Source: Clostridia bacterium
Lineage (GTDB): Bacteria; Bacillota; Clostridia; Christensenellales; Aristaeellaceae
NCBI GenBank assembly: GCA_017615475.1
Contig: JAGAAC010000063.1
Span: 25,342 to 89,341, forward strand
DNA length: 64,000 bases
Reading direction: 5' to 3'
A program made the position numbers and the translations under genes. Shown one piece after another: positions 9,831 to 20,199 of the stretch. The notes beneath the pieces were generated by a model that was not told the origin of the DNA, made no database searches, and saw only the letters and a list, made by a program, of their open reading frames with translations. How positions within the stretch are numbered: position 1 is the first letter of the stretch; the number at the start of each line of letters is the position of its first letter.

Positions 9831-10655
9831 ATGGAACCGTATACGATCGAAGACATTGAGCTTCTGAGAAAAAAGAGCGGGCTGAGTTATCAGGAAGCTG
9901 TCGCGCTGCTTGATTATCATAACGGCAGTCTTGCCCGTGCGATCATTGACCTGGAAAAAAGCGGCAGACTGAAAAATGAGGAAGATATACAGAAAGAAGG
10001 AACACGTAACATGAGTGAGAACGGCAGGAAGAATGAAACCAAGGAAAAAGCCCTGAATCTTTTACAGAAGCTATATCGCAGCAGGATCAAAATCCGCAAG
10101 GGCGATACCAGCATCGTCAATGTATCCGTACTTTTCGGCGGACTCTGCCTGCTGCTTGCGCCGCATATGACCATCGCAGGTGTGATTGTTTCCATGATCC
10201 TGGGCTATCAATTCTCTTTTTCCGGCATGGATCCCGAATTCGCGTCCGACAGCCTTGAGAAAATGGTGAAAAACGCCGCGCAGAACGCCAAGAGTTCTGT
10301 TTCCAACGTAGTCAAAACCATTACGAACGACGAAAAAATGAAAAAGGGCCATATGCAGTTTGAACTGAACATCAATAAGGATGATCAGAAAAAGGCCGAA
10401 AAAGAGAACGATACCAAAGACAGTGCAGTTTTCGGAAACGAACCCCAGGAACTGCGCGAACAGGCGAAAGAACTGGAGGAAACAATGGATTCCTTCTTTG
10501 AAAGCAATCCGGCAGCCACAACCTATCACAGCGCTTACTCCGCCGCAACCTCAAACGTTCCCACCATCCAGGTTCCCGTACAGACGGAAACCAAAGAGGG
10601 TGAAGTCAGCATAGACGATGATCAGGACGGATTTTCCTCCGTAACGATCGGATAA
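9831..10655 (+). CDS. DUF4342-like membrane protein with N-terminal UBA/EF-Ts-like helix bundle
   Basis: IELLRKKSGLSYQEAVALL...NGSLARAIIDLE, central hydrophobic hairpin, charged C-terminal tail. Confidence 0.6.
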   Translation: MEPYTIEDIELLRKKSGLSYQEAVALLDYHNGSLARAIIDLEKSGRLKNEEDIQKEGTRNMSENGRKNETKEKALNLLQKLYRSRIKIRKGDTSIVNVSVLFGGLCLLLAPHMTIAGVIVSMILGYQFSFSGMDPEFASDSLEKMVKNAAQNAKSSVSNVVKTITNDEKMKKGHMQFELNINKDDQKKAEKENDTKDSAVFGNEPQELREQAKELEETMDSFFESNPAATTYHSAYSAATSNVPTIQVPVQTETKEGEVSIDDDQDGFSSVTIG

Positions 10656-10663
10656 CAGAGACA

Positions 10664-10692
10664 AAAACGGTATCCTGACCGGATACCGTTTT
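10664..10692 (+). terminator. Hairpin/terminator between the DUF4342 gene and the response regulator
   Basis: AAAACGGTATCC-TGACC-GGATACCGTTTT perfect 12-bp stem. Confidence 0.65.
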
Positions 10693-10729
10693 GCCGGTGT
10701 TTCCCAAATACAGAAAAAGGAATGATCCT

Positions 10730-11428
10730 ATGGCCAGAATACTCATTGTTGAAGACGAAAAGAAAATCGCCCGTTTTCTCGAGCTTGAGCTGAAACATGA
10801 GGGATATGAAGTGGATACGGCTTTTGACGGACGGAGCGGACTGAACACCGCCCTGGAAACAAATCCGGACCTGCTTATTCTCGATCTTATGCTTCCTGAG
10901 CTGAGCGGCATTGAAGTCTGCAGGAGACTGCGCCATACCAGCGACCTGCCCATCATCATGCTCACCGCGAAGGATGACGTATCCGATAAGGTGATGGGTC
11001 TTGATATGGGTGCGGATGACTATGTGACCAAACCGTTCGCAATCGAGGAACTGCTTGCCAGGATCCGGGTCGCCCTGAAGAAAAGACGCGCTGGAACACC
11101 GGCAGATTCCGGCCAGGAGGATCATATCCTTACGGCAGGATGCATCAGTATTGACACAGCATCCTGGCAGGTACGTGTAAAAGATGAACCGGTTGCCCTG
11201 ACAAAAAAGGAATTCGATACGCTCCGGTACCTGATGGAACACCGCGGCACTGCCGTAACACGGGACCAGATCATGAATGAGGTCTGGGGATATGATTTCA
11301 TCGGTGATTCCAACATCGTGGATGTTTATATCCGTTATCTGCGGCATAAAATTGATGATCATTACAACATCAAGACGATCCATACCATCAGATCTGTAGG
11401 ATATTTATTTGACTATGAAGAAGAATAA
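10730..11428 (+). CDS. OmpR/PhoB-family response regulator (ArlR-like)
   Basis: ILIVEDE, LILDLMLP phosphoacceptor Asp, GADDYVTKPF, winged helix VDVYIRYLR..I.TIRSVGY. Confidence 0.93.
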   Translation: MARILIVEDEKKIARFLELELKHEGYEVDTAFDGRSGLNTALETNPDLLILDLMLPELSGIEVCRRLRHTSDLPIIMLTAKDDVSDKVMGLDMGADDYVTKPFAIEELLARIRVALKKRRAGTPADSGQEDHILTAGCISIDTASWQVRVKDEPVALTKKEFDTLRYLMEHRGTAVTRDQIMNEVWGYDFIGDSNIVDVYIRYLRHKIDDHYNIKTIHTIRSVGYLFDYEEE

Positions 11429-12812
11429 GCAGAAAAGGCAGAAAAGAGCGAAGACAGCTCAGAGCCGGAACCGTGATCTGGTTCTTGCCAACAAGGCCAG
11501 TGACAGCATTCACGGCGGAGTAAGCAGGATTCGGCTTTCCCTGGCGTTCCGGATTGCGCTGCATTACTGCATCCAGCTTTTCAGAAGTTTTATCCCTGTG
11601 ATGATCATTCTTTCCATCGTTTTCTGTATCGCCGTCAGCGTGCCTGTTTCTCGGGAGGTACAGGACATGATCCCCGCGGAGACGGAAGATGAAGCAGAAA
11701 AGGTCATCCAAAAGGGACGGCTTACGGCAGAACAGACGTATATCCTTCCTGAAACTGATTTCTTCCCGAGAATCGGACAGCAGTTTTCCGTTCTGTTCGA
11801 CCGTGTCTTTTCGGATGAAATCCTGAGTTTCTATTACAGCCGGGGAAACGGGACAAACTGGCTTGTATCCCTGAACATTCATGATATCTATATACTCTGG
11901 CTCATGATTGCCGGCGGAATCCTGCTGTGCGATCTGTTCCGGATGTTCTATTTTTTCAGGTATGATCAGCGGCTGAACAAGCGGGTGCTGGCTCCGATCA
12001 GGGATATAACCTCCATGGCGGAAACCCTGTCCGAAAGCAACCTGTCCAACCGGATCAATATTGCAGGAACCAAAAACGAACTGAAGGATCTGGCTGCGGT
12101 GATCAACAGGATGCTGGACCGGATCGAGCGAAGCTACAACAGCCAGAAACAGTTTGTATCCGATGCCAGCCATGAACTTCGGACTCCCATTGCCGTTATC
12201 CGCGGATATACTGACATGCTGAAACGATGGGGGAAGGATGATCCTGATATCCTGGATGAGGGCATATCCGCCATATCCCAGGAAACCGAAAGCATGAAGG
12301 ACCTGGTGGAAAACCTGCTGTTCCTGGCACGCCATGACAAAAAAACACTGATGATGGAAATATCCTCTTTCGACCCCACAGAGCTCATCCGCGAGGTACA
12401 GAAGGAAGAGGCCATGGTTCATACTGATTACACATTTGAAACAGAGCGGATGGATGCCATGACCATCAAAGCGGACAGGAACATGATGAAACAGGTTCTT
12501 CGGATCCTGTGTGATAACGCGGTAAAATACTCCAGCCCCGGTTCAAAGGTCAGCCTGTCCTGCAGGGACGACCGGAACGGCTCCTGCTGCCTTTCCGTCC
12601 GGGATGAAGGCCAGGGTGTTACGCAGGAAGACCTTCCGAAGATTTTTGACAGGTTCTACCGAAGCGATAAGGCACGGAAATCCGAATCCGGCGGACACGG
12701 ACTCGGGCTCAGCATCGCCAGGATTATTGTTGTAGCGCATAAAGGAAAAATCCGGGTCAGATCAAAACCCGGATTCGGTTCGGTGTTCTCTGTGCTGCTG
12801 CCCAAAGAATAA
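11415..12812 (+). CDS. HAMP-domain sensor histidine kinase (ArlS-like)
   Basis: Two TM segments, HAMP, DASHELRTP H-box, DNAVKYS N-box, IFDRFYR F-box, GHGLGLSIA G2; overlaps the regulator stop. Confidence 0.93.
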   Translation: MKKNKQKRQKRAKTAQSRNRDLVLANKASDSIHGGVSRIRLSLAFRIALHYCIQLFRSFIPVMIILSIVFCIAVSVPVSREVQDMIPAETEDEAEKVIQKGRLTAEQTYILPETDFFPRIGQQFSVLFDRVFSDEILSFYYSRGNGTNWLVSLNIHDIYILWLMIAGGILLCDLFRMFYFFRYDQRLNKRVLAPIRDITSMAETLSESNLSNRINIAGTKNELKDLAAVINRMLDRIERSYNSQKQFVSDASHELRTPIAVIRGYTDMLKRWGKDDPDILDEGISAISQETESMKDLVENLLFLARHDKKTLMMEISSFDPTELIREVQKEEAMVHTDYTFETERMDAMTIKADRNMMKQVLRILCDNAVKYSSPGSKVSLSCRDDRNGSCCLSVRDEGQGVTQEDLPKIFDRFYRSDKARKSESGGHGLGLSIARIIVVAHKGKIRVRSKPGFGSVFSVLLPKE

Positions 12813-12823
12813 CCGGAAAGCCA

Positions 12824-14323
12824 TTATTTCACATACCTGTTTACAGGAGCCGGCGCACGCATTTTATGCGTGCGTTTCTTTTTATGCCGCCTGACCAGCA
12901 GGATAATGAGTCCGATCATCACAAGGGGAGGCCCGAAGAGGATCAGGCACATTTCAAAGCCGAAAGGCGGAAAAGGATTCGGATCCGCATAAGTCTCCGC
13001 AACTATTTCCTCCAGAGTCCGGGGCGCGTTTTCACGCTGTTCCACGGTACGGGAAGCCGTCAGCAAATACTGAACGGCGTCTCCGCCCTGCGGGTAATAA
13101 TACATATATCCGATTTCTTCCCCGGCCTCAATCGGGGCCCTGAAACTGCGGGTATACTGAATCCGGAAAATATTCGTGTCGCTGTCAAAGACATCCGTCA
13201 GGCTTTCGGCAATCCGCTGTATCTCACTGCTGGTTGATACAATATGGACATTCTCCCCGACAGGGGAGCAAACCAGCTTCAGCTTTCCGTTCAGATCGTC
13301 CGAAGTGGAATAGTTGCTCGTAACGATGGTTATGGGATTCATGTTGAATATGTCAACCGGTGTAACACTCATATACTGGCTGAAGCCATAGTCCATCAGT
13401 TTGATCGTATCCGCCCAGCGGGCCCTTTTACCGGTAAACATCACGACAGAAATCAGTTCCACACCATCTTTGGACGCTGAACCGGCAAAGCAGTAACCTG
13501 ACTGGGTGTGGGAGCCGGTCTTGATGCCCGTTGCGTATTCATAGAAATACTTGTTCGGATTATCTTCGGAACCAGTAAGCATATACTCCGTTTTGGTGGT
13601 AATGGAACGGGCCCTGTTTTTGTTGGTTTTCGGAAGTTGATAAGAAACAGTGCCGGCGATTTCGCGGAAAAGGTCTGATTTCATGGCTTCCCGGGCAATC
13701 ACCGCGATATCGCGGGCTGTGGAAACATGGTTATCGTCATGATAGCCGTGGGGATTGACAAAATGGGTATTGTAGCAGCCCAGATTGGCAGCTGTATCAT
13801 TCATCAGGCTGACAAAGTTGTATATGTCGCCTGAAACGGTTTCCGCAATTACGTTGGCGCCGTCGTTCGCTGAGAGCAGCATGGTTCCGTAAAGTACATC
13901 GATGAATTTGATTTCTTCTCCCGCCTTCAGATACATGGTGGAAGAATCGGAAGGCACATTGACCGCAGTTTCCGATACAGTAACCACCTGCTGCAGATCA
14001 TCCACATACAGAATGCCGAGAAGAACCGTCAGGATCTTTGTCATGGATGCGGGATAGCGTATGGCATCAGCGTCTTTTTCAAAAATCACTTCACCTTTAT
14101 CCTGCGTCACCAGGATAGCAGAAGCCGCATAAAGCTGGTCAGGCGAGAGATTTTCGGGATGTTCCTTGTCATATTCCGGCGCGTCGGGAGAAAGAGTCGG
14201 CTGCGGAATGGGTTCGGCGGTAGGAGATGGATCTGACTTCTTTTTTGCTGCAAAGGCGGCGGTGCAGGAAGTGAGAAGCAATATGAACACAAGCAGAAAC
14301 GCTGTGATTTTTTTCATCCGCAT
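12824..14323 (-). CDS. D-alanyl-D-alanine carboxypeptidase (peptidase S11) with C-terminal membrane anchor
   Basis: Signal peptide, SMTK (SxxK), SAN (SxN), KTG, NPHG. Confidence 0.92.
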   Translation of the reverse strand: MRMKKITAFLLVFILLLTSCTAAFAAKKKSDPSPTAEPIPQPTLSPDAPEYDKEHPENLSPDQLYAASAILVTQDKGEVIFEKDADAIRYPASMTKILTVLLGILYVDDLQQVVTVSETAVNVPSDSSTMYLKAGEEIKFIDVLYGTMLLSANDGANVIAETVSGDIYNFVSLMNDTAANLGCYNTHFVNPHGYHDDNHVSTARDIAVIAREAMKSDLFREIAGTVSYQLPKTNKNRARSITTKTEYMLTGSEDNPNKYFYEYATGIKTGSHTQSGYCFAGSASKDGVELISVVMFTGKRARWADTIKLMDYGFSQYMSVTPVDIFNMNPITIVTSNYSTSDDLNGKLKLVCSPVGENVHIVSTSSEIQRIAESLTDVFDSDTNIFRIQYTRSFRAPIEAGEEIGYMYYYPQGGDAVQYLLTASRTVEQRENAPRTLEEIVAETYADPNPFPPFGFEMCLILFGPPLVMIGLIILLVRRHKKKRTHKMRAPAPVNRYVK

Positions 14324-14369
14324 ATCACCTCACTAAAATCGGAACAAAACAATCTAACAGGCTGATTCA

Positions 14370-15218
14370 TCATGATACGGAAGCGGGTACGGCAAAGGGA
14401 GGAATCAATGTATTGCCGCTGAGTTGAAGGAAAAGGAATATGAGCCCGATCACCGCCAGATACAGCGCAAACCAGGAAAGCGGAACTTTAGCGATTAAAC
14501 GAAGCATAAAGCGGATTGCCAGGTAACCGACAACAGCGGCGACCGCTATGCCGATAAGGGAGGGAAGAAGATCGATCTGGCTGATGTATCCCTCTTCCAC
14601 CGCATCCTTGCCTTCCATAAGTAGCGATCCGACGATGGCAGGCGCGCTCATCATAAATGAGAATTTCGCGGCAGTGGTTTTATTCAGTCCGGTGGAAACA
14701 CCGCCCAGGATTGTGGAACCGCTTCTGGAAACGCCGGGAATCATTCCAATTCCCTGAAACAGGCCCATCACAACCGCGTTCAGCAGGCTGACCTTTCCAT
14801 CCCCATTTTTCGTGCGTACGGCGATCCTGTCACACAGCAGGAGGAAAAAGGCTGTGATCAGGAAGGAAAAACCAAGGAACCATCCATTGTCAAAAACAGC
14901 GAAGCCGTTGACATCCGGGAACAGCTTTTTGGCGGCAAAATAGACAGCCAGTGTGGGAAGAGAAGCGGCAACAAGAAGAACCAGCGTTTTGTTGCGGACC
15001 GGATGAAGGATCATATCCAGCCATTCCCTGCGGAAAACAATGAAAACGGGAATCAGCGTGCCGACATGAAGAAGGATGTCAAACATTTTCATGGCGGGAG
15101 TATCGGTCTGAATACCGAAAAACAGGCGCGAAAGCAGCAAATGGCCGCTGGATGAAATAGGAAGAAACTCACCAAGGCCCTGCAAAAGGCCCAGTACTGC
15201 GCATAAAAGGACAGACAT
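14370..15218 (-). CDS. uppP: Undecaprenyl-diphosphate phosphatase (BacA family)
   Basis: QGLGEFLPISSSGH and PGVSRSGST motifs, multiple TM helices. Confidence 0.95.
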   Translation of the reverse strand: MSVLLCAVLGLLQGLGEFLPISSSGHLLLSRLFFGIQTDTPAMKMFDILLHVGTLIPVFIVFRREWLDMILHPVRNKTLVLLVAASLPTLAVYFAAKKLFPDVNGFAVFDNGWFLGFSFLITAFFLLLCDRIAVRTKNGDGKVSLLNAVVMGLFQGIGMIPGVSRSGSTILGGVSTGLNKTTAAKFSFMMSAPAIVGSLLMEGKDAVEEGYISQIDLLPSLIGIAVAAVVGYLAIRFMLRLIAKVPLSWFALYLAVIGLIFLFLQLSGNTLIPPFAVPASVS

Positions 15219-15278
15219 AAAACAGCCTCCATACTTAAAATCGTTTTATTTTACCATAAGGTATAAACTTTGCAAAGC

Positions 15279-15307
15279 TTGACTGAATAACCGCAAACGG
15301 ATATAAT
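15279..15307 (+). promoter_or_regulatory. Sigma-A-type promoter for ychF
   Basis: TTGACT-17 bp-TATAAT. Confidence 0.7.
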
Positions 15308-15362
15308 TTTTTGCCGGATATGCAGGAAATATCGTTCATTTGTAAGGAGTGTAGCCTTTCCT

Positions 15363-16460
15363 ATGAAACTTGGTGTAGTCGGTCTTCCGAATGTCGGAAA
15401 AAGTACTTTGTTCAACGCGATCACAAATGCCGGAGCACAGGCGGAGAACTATCCGTTCTGCACAATTGAACCCAACACGGGGGTTGTTCTGGTTCCCGAT
15501 CCGCGTCTCAACGTGCTGGCGGAGATGTATCATCCGAAGAAGGTAACACCCACCACCATCGAATTTGTTGATATAGCAGGTCTTGTAAAGGGCGCGAGCC
15601 GCGGTGAAGGCTTGGGCAACAAGTTCCTTTCCCACATCCGGGAAGTGGATGCCATTGTTCATGTGGTCAGGTGTTTCGATGATGATAACATTATTCATGT
15701 GGACGGTTCAGTGGATCCGGCCAGGGATATTGAAACCATCAATCTTGAACTGATCTTTGCCGATATGGAAACTGTTCAGAAAAGGAAGGAAAAAGCTGAA
15801 AAAAGCTTCCGGGGCGGCGATAAAAAGGCCGGCGCTGAAGCAGAACTGGCTGACCGCCTGTACAATCACCTTGAAAGCGGCAAACCAGCACGCACCCTCG
15901 AATGCACAGACGATGAAAAGCAGATTATGAACAGCTGGTTCCTGCTGACAACCAAACCTGTCATATATGCGGCCAACATTGCGGAAGACGACCTGGGCAA
16001 GGATGATTCACAGAACGAATATGTGAACCAGGTCAGAAAAACCGCGGAAGCAGAAAATGCTGAAGTGATTGTGATTTCCGCCGCCATTGAGCAGGATATC
16101 GCATCCATGAGTCCGGATGAAAAAACCGAATTCCTGGAAGAACTCGGCATCGGGGAAAGCGGCCTGGACCGCCTGATTACCGCTAGCTACCGGCTTCTGG
16201 GGCTGATCTCCTTCCTGACAGCGGGAGAAGATGAATGCCGCGCGTGGACCATTGTCAAAGGAACAAAGGCACCGCAGGCTGCCGGAAAGATCCACACGGA
16301 TTTTGAAAAAGGCTTCATCCGTGCGGAAATCGTACCCTTTGATACGCTTGCCGAACTGGGCAGTATGGCTGCCTGCAGGGAAAAAGGGCTGGTCCGCAGC
16401 GAAGGAAAAGACTACGTGATGAAAGACGGGGATATCACACTGTTCCGGTTCAATGTATAA
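15363..16460 (+). CDS. ychF: Ribosome-binding ATPase YchF
   Basis: [28 protein letters not shown] domain ending FRFNV. Confidence 0.97.
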   Translation: MKLGVVGLPNVGKSTLFNAITNAGAQAENYPFCTIEPNTGVVLVPDPRLNVLAEMYHPKKVTPTTIEFVDIAGLVKGASRGEGLGNKFLSHIREVDAIVHVVRCFDDDNIIHVDGSVDPARDIETINLELIFADMETVQKRKEKAEKSFRGGDKKAGAEAELADRLYNHLESGKPARTLECTDDEKQIMNSWFLLTTKPVIYAANIAEDDLGKDDSQNEYVNQVRKTAEAENAEVIVISAAIEQDIASMSPDEKTEFLEELGIGESGLDRLITASYRLLGLISFLTAGEDECRAWTIVKGTKAPQAAGKIHTDFEKGFIRAEIVPFDTLAELGSMAACREKGLVRSEGKDYVMKDGDITLFRFNV

Positions 16461-16478
16461 AGAAGGGATCGAGCAATC

Positions 16479-17489
16479 ATGTCACGCATACAGTATTTCT
16501 GGAACCGCCTGAAAAAAATGGACTGGAAAGCCATGTGGAAGACCACCGGCCTACTCAAAAAGCGCAGCGGAAAGGGAAGGCTGTGGCTGCTGGCAGATAT
16601 GCTCAGATGCGGTATCAGGTATAACGCCGGCTATATAGACTACAAAATCGCGCAGATGTACAAACTGAACGATGAGCAGCGTAAAACCGTCATTACCCGA
16701 GGTATATCCAATGATATCGTCCGCCGGATGAATCCGAAGGAATACTGGCATACCTTCGATGATAAAACTGAATTCAACACCTTTTTCAGCGAATGGATTC
16801 CGCGTAAATGGATCCGGATTGATGAAAACACCTCCGCAGAAGATGTTTATGCCCTGTGCAGAAATTTCCGGCAGCTGATCGGCAAACCGCTTGAAGGTTC
16901 CAGCGGCGCCGGAATCCAGAAGTATACCGAAGAAGACTGGAAAGACGGTCCGGAAGCATTTCTGGACAGGCTGAAAAAAGACAATATCGGCATTCTGGAA
17001 GAAATTGTTGTCCAGCATCCGAAAATGGCATCCCTGTGTCCCACATCCGTGAACACCTGCCGGATCGCCACGCTGCTGGGAGATAAGCAGCAGGGGATCG
17101 TTTACGCTTTCCTGCGGATCGGAAACGGCAAAGTGATGGACAATGTGGACTGCGGCGGTATGGCTTCCAGAATCAATCTTGAAACAGGAAAACTTTGCAC
17201 CGTAGGCGCTGATAAGCAGGGAAACACCTTTATCAAGCATCCGATGACGGACACGAGCATCATCGGTTTCCAGATTCCTTTCTGGAATGAAGCAAAGCAG
17301 ATGTGTCTGGAAGCCGCTCAGAAAATTCCGCAGATGCGGTTCATTGCCTGGGACGTGGCCATAACGGAAAACGGTCCGACATTTATCGAAGGAAACAGTT
17401 TCCCGTCCCATGCTATTCCTCAGTTTGCGGCTCATTATCCGGACGGAATCGGTATCCTGCCGGAATTTGAGAAATTCATTGACCTCTGA
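16479..17489 (+). CDS. Sugar-transfer-associated ATP-grasp domain protein
   Basis: DDK, KPLEGSSGAG, SVNTCRIAT, DN, HP, WDVAITENGPTFIEGN. Confidence 0.75.
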   Translation: MSRIQYFWNRLKKMDWKAMWKTTGLLKKRSGKGRLWLLADMLRCGIRYNAGYIDYKIAQMYKLNDEQRKTVITRGISNDIVRRMNPKEYWHTFDDKTEFNTFFSEWIPRKWIRIDENTSAEDVYALCRNFRQLIGKPLEGSSGAGIQKYTEEDWKDGPEAFLDRLKKDNIGILEEIVVQHPKMASLCPTSVNTCRIATLLGDKQQGIVYAFLRIGNGKVMDNVDCGGMASRINLETGKLCTVGADKQGNTFIKHPMTDTSIIGFQIPFWNEAKQMCLEAAQKIPQMRFIAWDVAITENGPTFIEGNSFPSHAIPQFAAHYPDGIGILPEFEKFIDL

Positions 17490-17501
17490 GAAAAAAATCC
17501 C

Positions 17502-17530
17502 TTGCATCCATAGTATAATTGTGATATAGT
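17502..17530 (+). promoter_or_regulatory. Sigma-A-type promoter for rplS
   Basis: TTGCAT-17 bp-TATAGT with TG extension. Confidence 0.65.
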
Positions 17531-17543
17531 TCATATGTTATGC

Positions 17544-17608
17544 GGACGGTCCTCTGTCCGGAAGAGCTGATTCATCCGTTCGGATGAACCGCCGGGTCAC
17601 GAACGTCT
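17544..17608 (+). ncRNA. Probable L19 ribosomal protein leader RNA
   Basis: 5' UTR of rplS; outer stem GGACGGTC/GAACGTCT with CTCTG internal motif resembling Firmicute L19 leaders; inner hairpin TTCATCCG-TT-CGGATGAA. Confidence 0.55.
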
Positions 17609-17630
17609 ATGAGGGAAGGAGGCACAAACC

Positions 17631-17981
17631 ATGAACGAAATTATCCGCTCCATCGAAGCAAAACAGATTCGCAGTGATCTGCCCCAGATCAACGTCGGTG
17701 ATACCGTACGTGTATGGGTGAAGGTTGTTGAAGGCAACCGTGAACGTCTGCAGGCTTTCGAAGGCACAGTTATCGCCAAGCGCAACGGCGGCATCCGTGA
17801 AACATTCACTGTGCGCCGCGTATCCTACGGCATTGGCGTAGAACGTACTTTCCCGATCCATTCTCCCCGTGTGGATCACGTTGAACTGATCCGTCACGGT
17901 AAGGTCCGCCGTGCCAAGCTGTACTATCTCCGTGATCGTCAGGGCAAAGCGGCCAAGATCAAGGAAGTTAAACGCGTCTGA
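17631..17981 (+). CDS. rplS: 50S ribosomal protein L19
   Basis: [34 protein letters not shown]. Confidence 0.98.
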   Translation: MNEIIRSIEAKQIRSDLPQINVGDTVRVWVKVVEGNRERLQAFEGTVIAKRNGGIRETFTVRRVSYGIGVERTFPIHSPRVDHVELIRHGKVRRAKLYYLRDRQGKAAKIKEVKRV

Positions 17982-17991
17982 TTTGTGCTCT

Positions 17992-18020
17992 AAAAACTGC
18001 TGCTGTGCAGCAGTTTTTTT
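17992..18020 (+). terminator. Intrinsic terminator of rplS
   Basis: AAAAACTGCTGC-TGT-GCAGCAGTTTTTTT. Confidence 0.85.
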
Positions 18021-18115
18021 GTTTTTGGTTCTGCTTTTTTCGCGGGAAGGATTCAACACGATAAATGTTGAAATAAAATAAGATATATTATGATTATTGA
18101 AGGAGACATAAACCC

Positions 18116-20173
18116 ATGAGAGACAGAACCGAAGCCGCAGCGAAAGCCAGGGAGCTTGTCAGCCGTATGACGCTTGAGGAGAAAGCCTCTCAGCTGAAAT
18201 ATGACGCCCCCGCAATTCCCAGGCTCGGCATACCGGCCTATAACTGGTGGAATGAAGCGCTGCACGGAGTTGCCCGTGCCGGCACCGCCACCGTTTTCCC
18301 GCAGGCCATCGGCCTGGCGGCCATGTTTGATGAAGAGCTGCAGGAAAAGATCGCCGGCGTTATTTCAGACGAAGCCAGGGCCAAATTCAACGGACAAAGC
18401 AGGCATGAAGACAGGGATATTTATAAAGGACTTACTGTCTGGAGTCCCAATATCAATATATTCCGCGATCCCCGCTGGGGCAGGGGGCATGAGACCTACG
18501 GCGAGGATCCGTACCTGACCTCCCGGCTTGGAATCCGCTTTATCAGAGGACTGCAGGGCAGCGGAAAATACCTGAAAACAGCAGCGTGCAGCAAACATTT
18601 TGCGGTTCATTCCGGTCCTGAAGCCCTGCGGCATCATTTTGACGCCCGGGTCAACGCAAAAGATCTGAACGAAACCTACCTGGCTGCCTTTGAAGCTACG
18701 GTCAGGGAAGGTGAAGTTGAATCCGTAATGGGTGCCTACAACCGGGTGAACGGTGAACCTGCCTGCGGCAGCGAAACCCTGCTGAAAAAAATTCTCCGTG
18801 ATAAATGGGGATTCAAAGGCCATGTGGTCAGCGACTGCTGGGCGATCAGTGATTTCCATGTCAACCACAAAGTGACCGATACAGCCCCTGAGAGCGCAGC
18901 CCTTGCCATCAGCAACGGCTGCGACCTGAACTGCGGCAATACCTATCTTCACCTGCTGGAAGCCCTGCAGGAAGGGCTGGTAACAGAAGATCAGATTACA
19001 ACAGCCTGCATTCGGCTGTTCACAACAAGATACCTTCTGGGCCTGTTTGCCGATGACTGCGAATACGACAGGATTCCGGTTACCGATACGGATACGGATG
19101 AGCACGCCGCGCTGGCCCTGGAAGCCGCTGAAAAGAGCATGGTTCTCCTGGAAAATGACGGTATTCTCCCGTTGAATCCAGATCAGATAAAAACCATTGC
19201 TGTCATCGGCCCCAACGCGGACAGCATACCGGCACTGGAAGGAAACTATAACGGGACAAGCAGCCGCTACGTTACATTCCTGGAAGGTCTGCGTGATTAC
19301 GCAGAAAAACAAGGAATCCGTATCCTTTACAGCCTGGGCTGCCATCTGTTCAAAGACAGGACTTCCGGCCTTGCGCAGGCCGATGACAGGCTGGCGGAAG
19401 CTGCCATGTATGCGGAAGCAGCTGACGTAACCATCGCCTGTGTGGGCCTTGACGCCGGCCTGGAAGGAGAAGAAGGAGATACAGGCAATGAGTATTTCAG
19501 CGGCGACAAGAAAGACCTGCTGATTCCGGAGTCCCAGCGCAGGCTGCTCAGTGTTCTGGAAAAGAGCGCACGGAAGCTCATTACCGTCATTACAGCCGGA
19601 TCCAGCCTGAACGTTCCGGGCGGAAACGCCAGCGTGTTCACCTGGTATCCCGGCCAGGCCGGCGGTACTGCCCTGGCTGAACTGCTTTTCGGTGAAAAGA
19701 ATTTCAGCGGTCATCTGCCCCTGACATTCTACAGGGACAACAGTGACCTGCCTGATTTTGAAGATTACGGTATGACCAACCGGACATACCGGTATTTCAC
19801 CGGAAAGCCGCTGTATCCGTTCGGATACGGGCTGAGCTATACCTCTTATCAGATTCTGAACGCTTCCGTATCCGGAAACGAAGTAAAAGCTGAAATTACC
19901 AACACCGGGAAGATGGACGGCGAAGCACTCGTTCAGATATATGTGGCATGTGACAGTCCCTTTGCCCCGGTTCATCCCAGGCTCTGCGGTTTTCAGCGCG
20001 TATGCCTGAAGACAGGGGAATCCGGATGTGTTTCCATCCGTCTTGATCCGCTGACACGCACCGTGATCAACGATGAAGGTAAACGGATCGCGGCGGAGCA
20101 CGGCACGCTGTATATCGGTCTGGGACAGCCCGGAGCCGATAATATTCAGGAACCGATTGCCATCCGTTTCTGA
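18116..20173 (+). CDS. Glycoside hydrolase family 3 (beta-xylosidase/beta-glucosidase), cytoplasmic
   Basis: WWNEALHG, RDPRWGRGHETYGEDP, KHF, SDCW nucleophile, YPFGYGLSY, C-terminal Fn3-like domain; no signal peptide. Confidence 0.93.
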   Translation: MRDRTEAAAKARELVSRMTLEEKASQLKYDAPAIPRLGIPAYNWWNEALHGVARAGTATVFPQAIGLAAMFDEELQEKIAGVISDEARAKFNGQSRHEDRDIYKGLTVWSPNINIFRDPRWGRGHETYGEDPYLTSRLGIRFIRGLQGSGKYLKTAACSKHFAVHSGPEALRHHFDARVNAKDLNETYLAAFEATVREGEVESVMGAYNRVNGEPACGSETLLKKILRDKWGFKGHVVSDCWAISDFHVNHKVTDTAPESAALAISNGCDLNCGNTYLHLLEALQEGLVTEDQITTACIRLFTTRYLLGLFADDCEYDRIPVTDTDTDEHAALALEAAEKSMVLLENDGILPLNPDQIKTIAVIGPNADSIPALEGNYNGTSSRYVTFLEGLRDYAEKQGIRILYSLGCHLFKDRTSGLAQADDRLAEAAMYAEAADVTIACVGLDAGLEGEEGDTGNEYFSGDKKDLLIPESQRRLLSVLEKSARKLITVITAGSSLNVPGGNASVFTWYPGQAGGTALAELLFGEKNFSGHLPLTFYRDNSDLPDFEDYGMTNRTYRYFTGKPLYPFGYGLSYTSYQILNASVSGNEVKAEITNTGKMDGEALVQIYVACDSPFAPVHPRLCGFQRVCLKTGESGCVSIRLDPLTRTVINDEGKRIAAEHGTLYIGLGQPGADNIQEPIAIRF

Positions 20174-20199
20174 TCCTGTTTATTCTTTCGGAGGAATCT

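Noticed and set aside
18365-20101. 578-aa antisense ORF over the GH3 gene (similar long antisense ORFs at 31370-32776, 35027-36061, 4011-5036, 11388-12422)
   Set aside because: Shadow frames of well-supported genes; no motifs or RBS; expected from codon bias in GC-rich coding DNA
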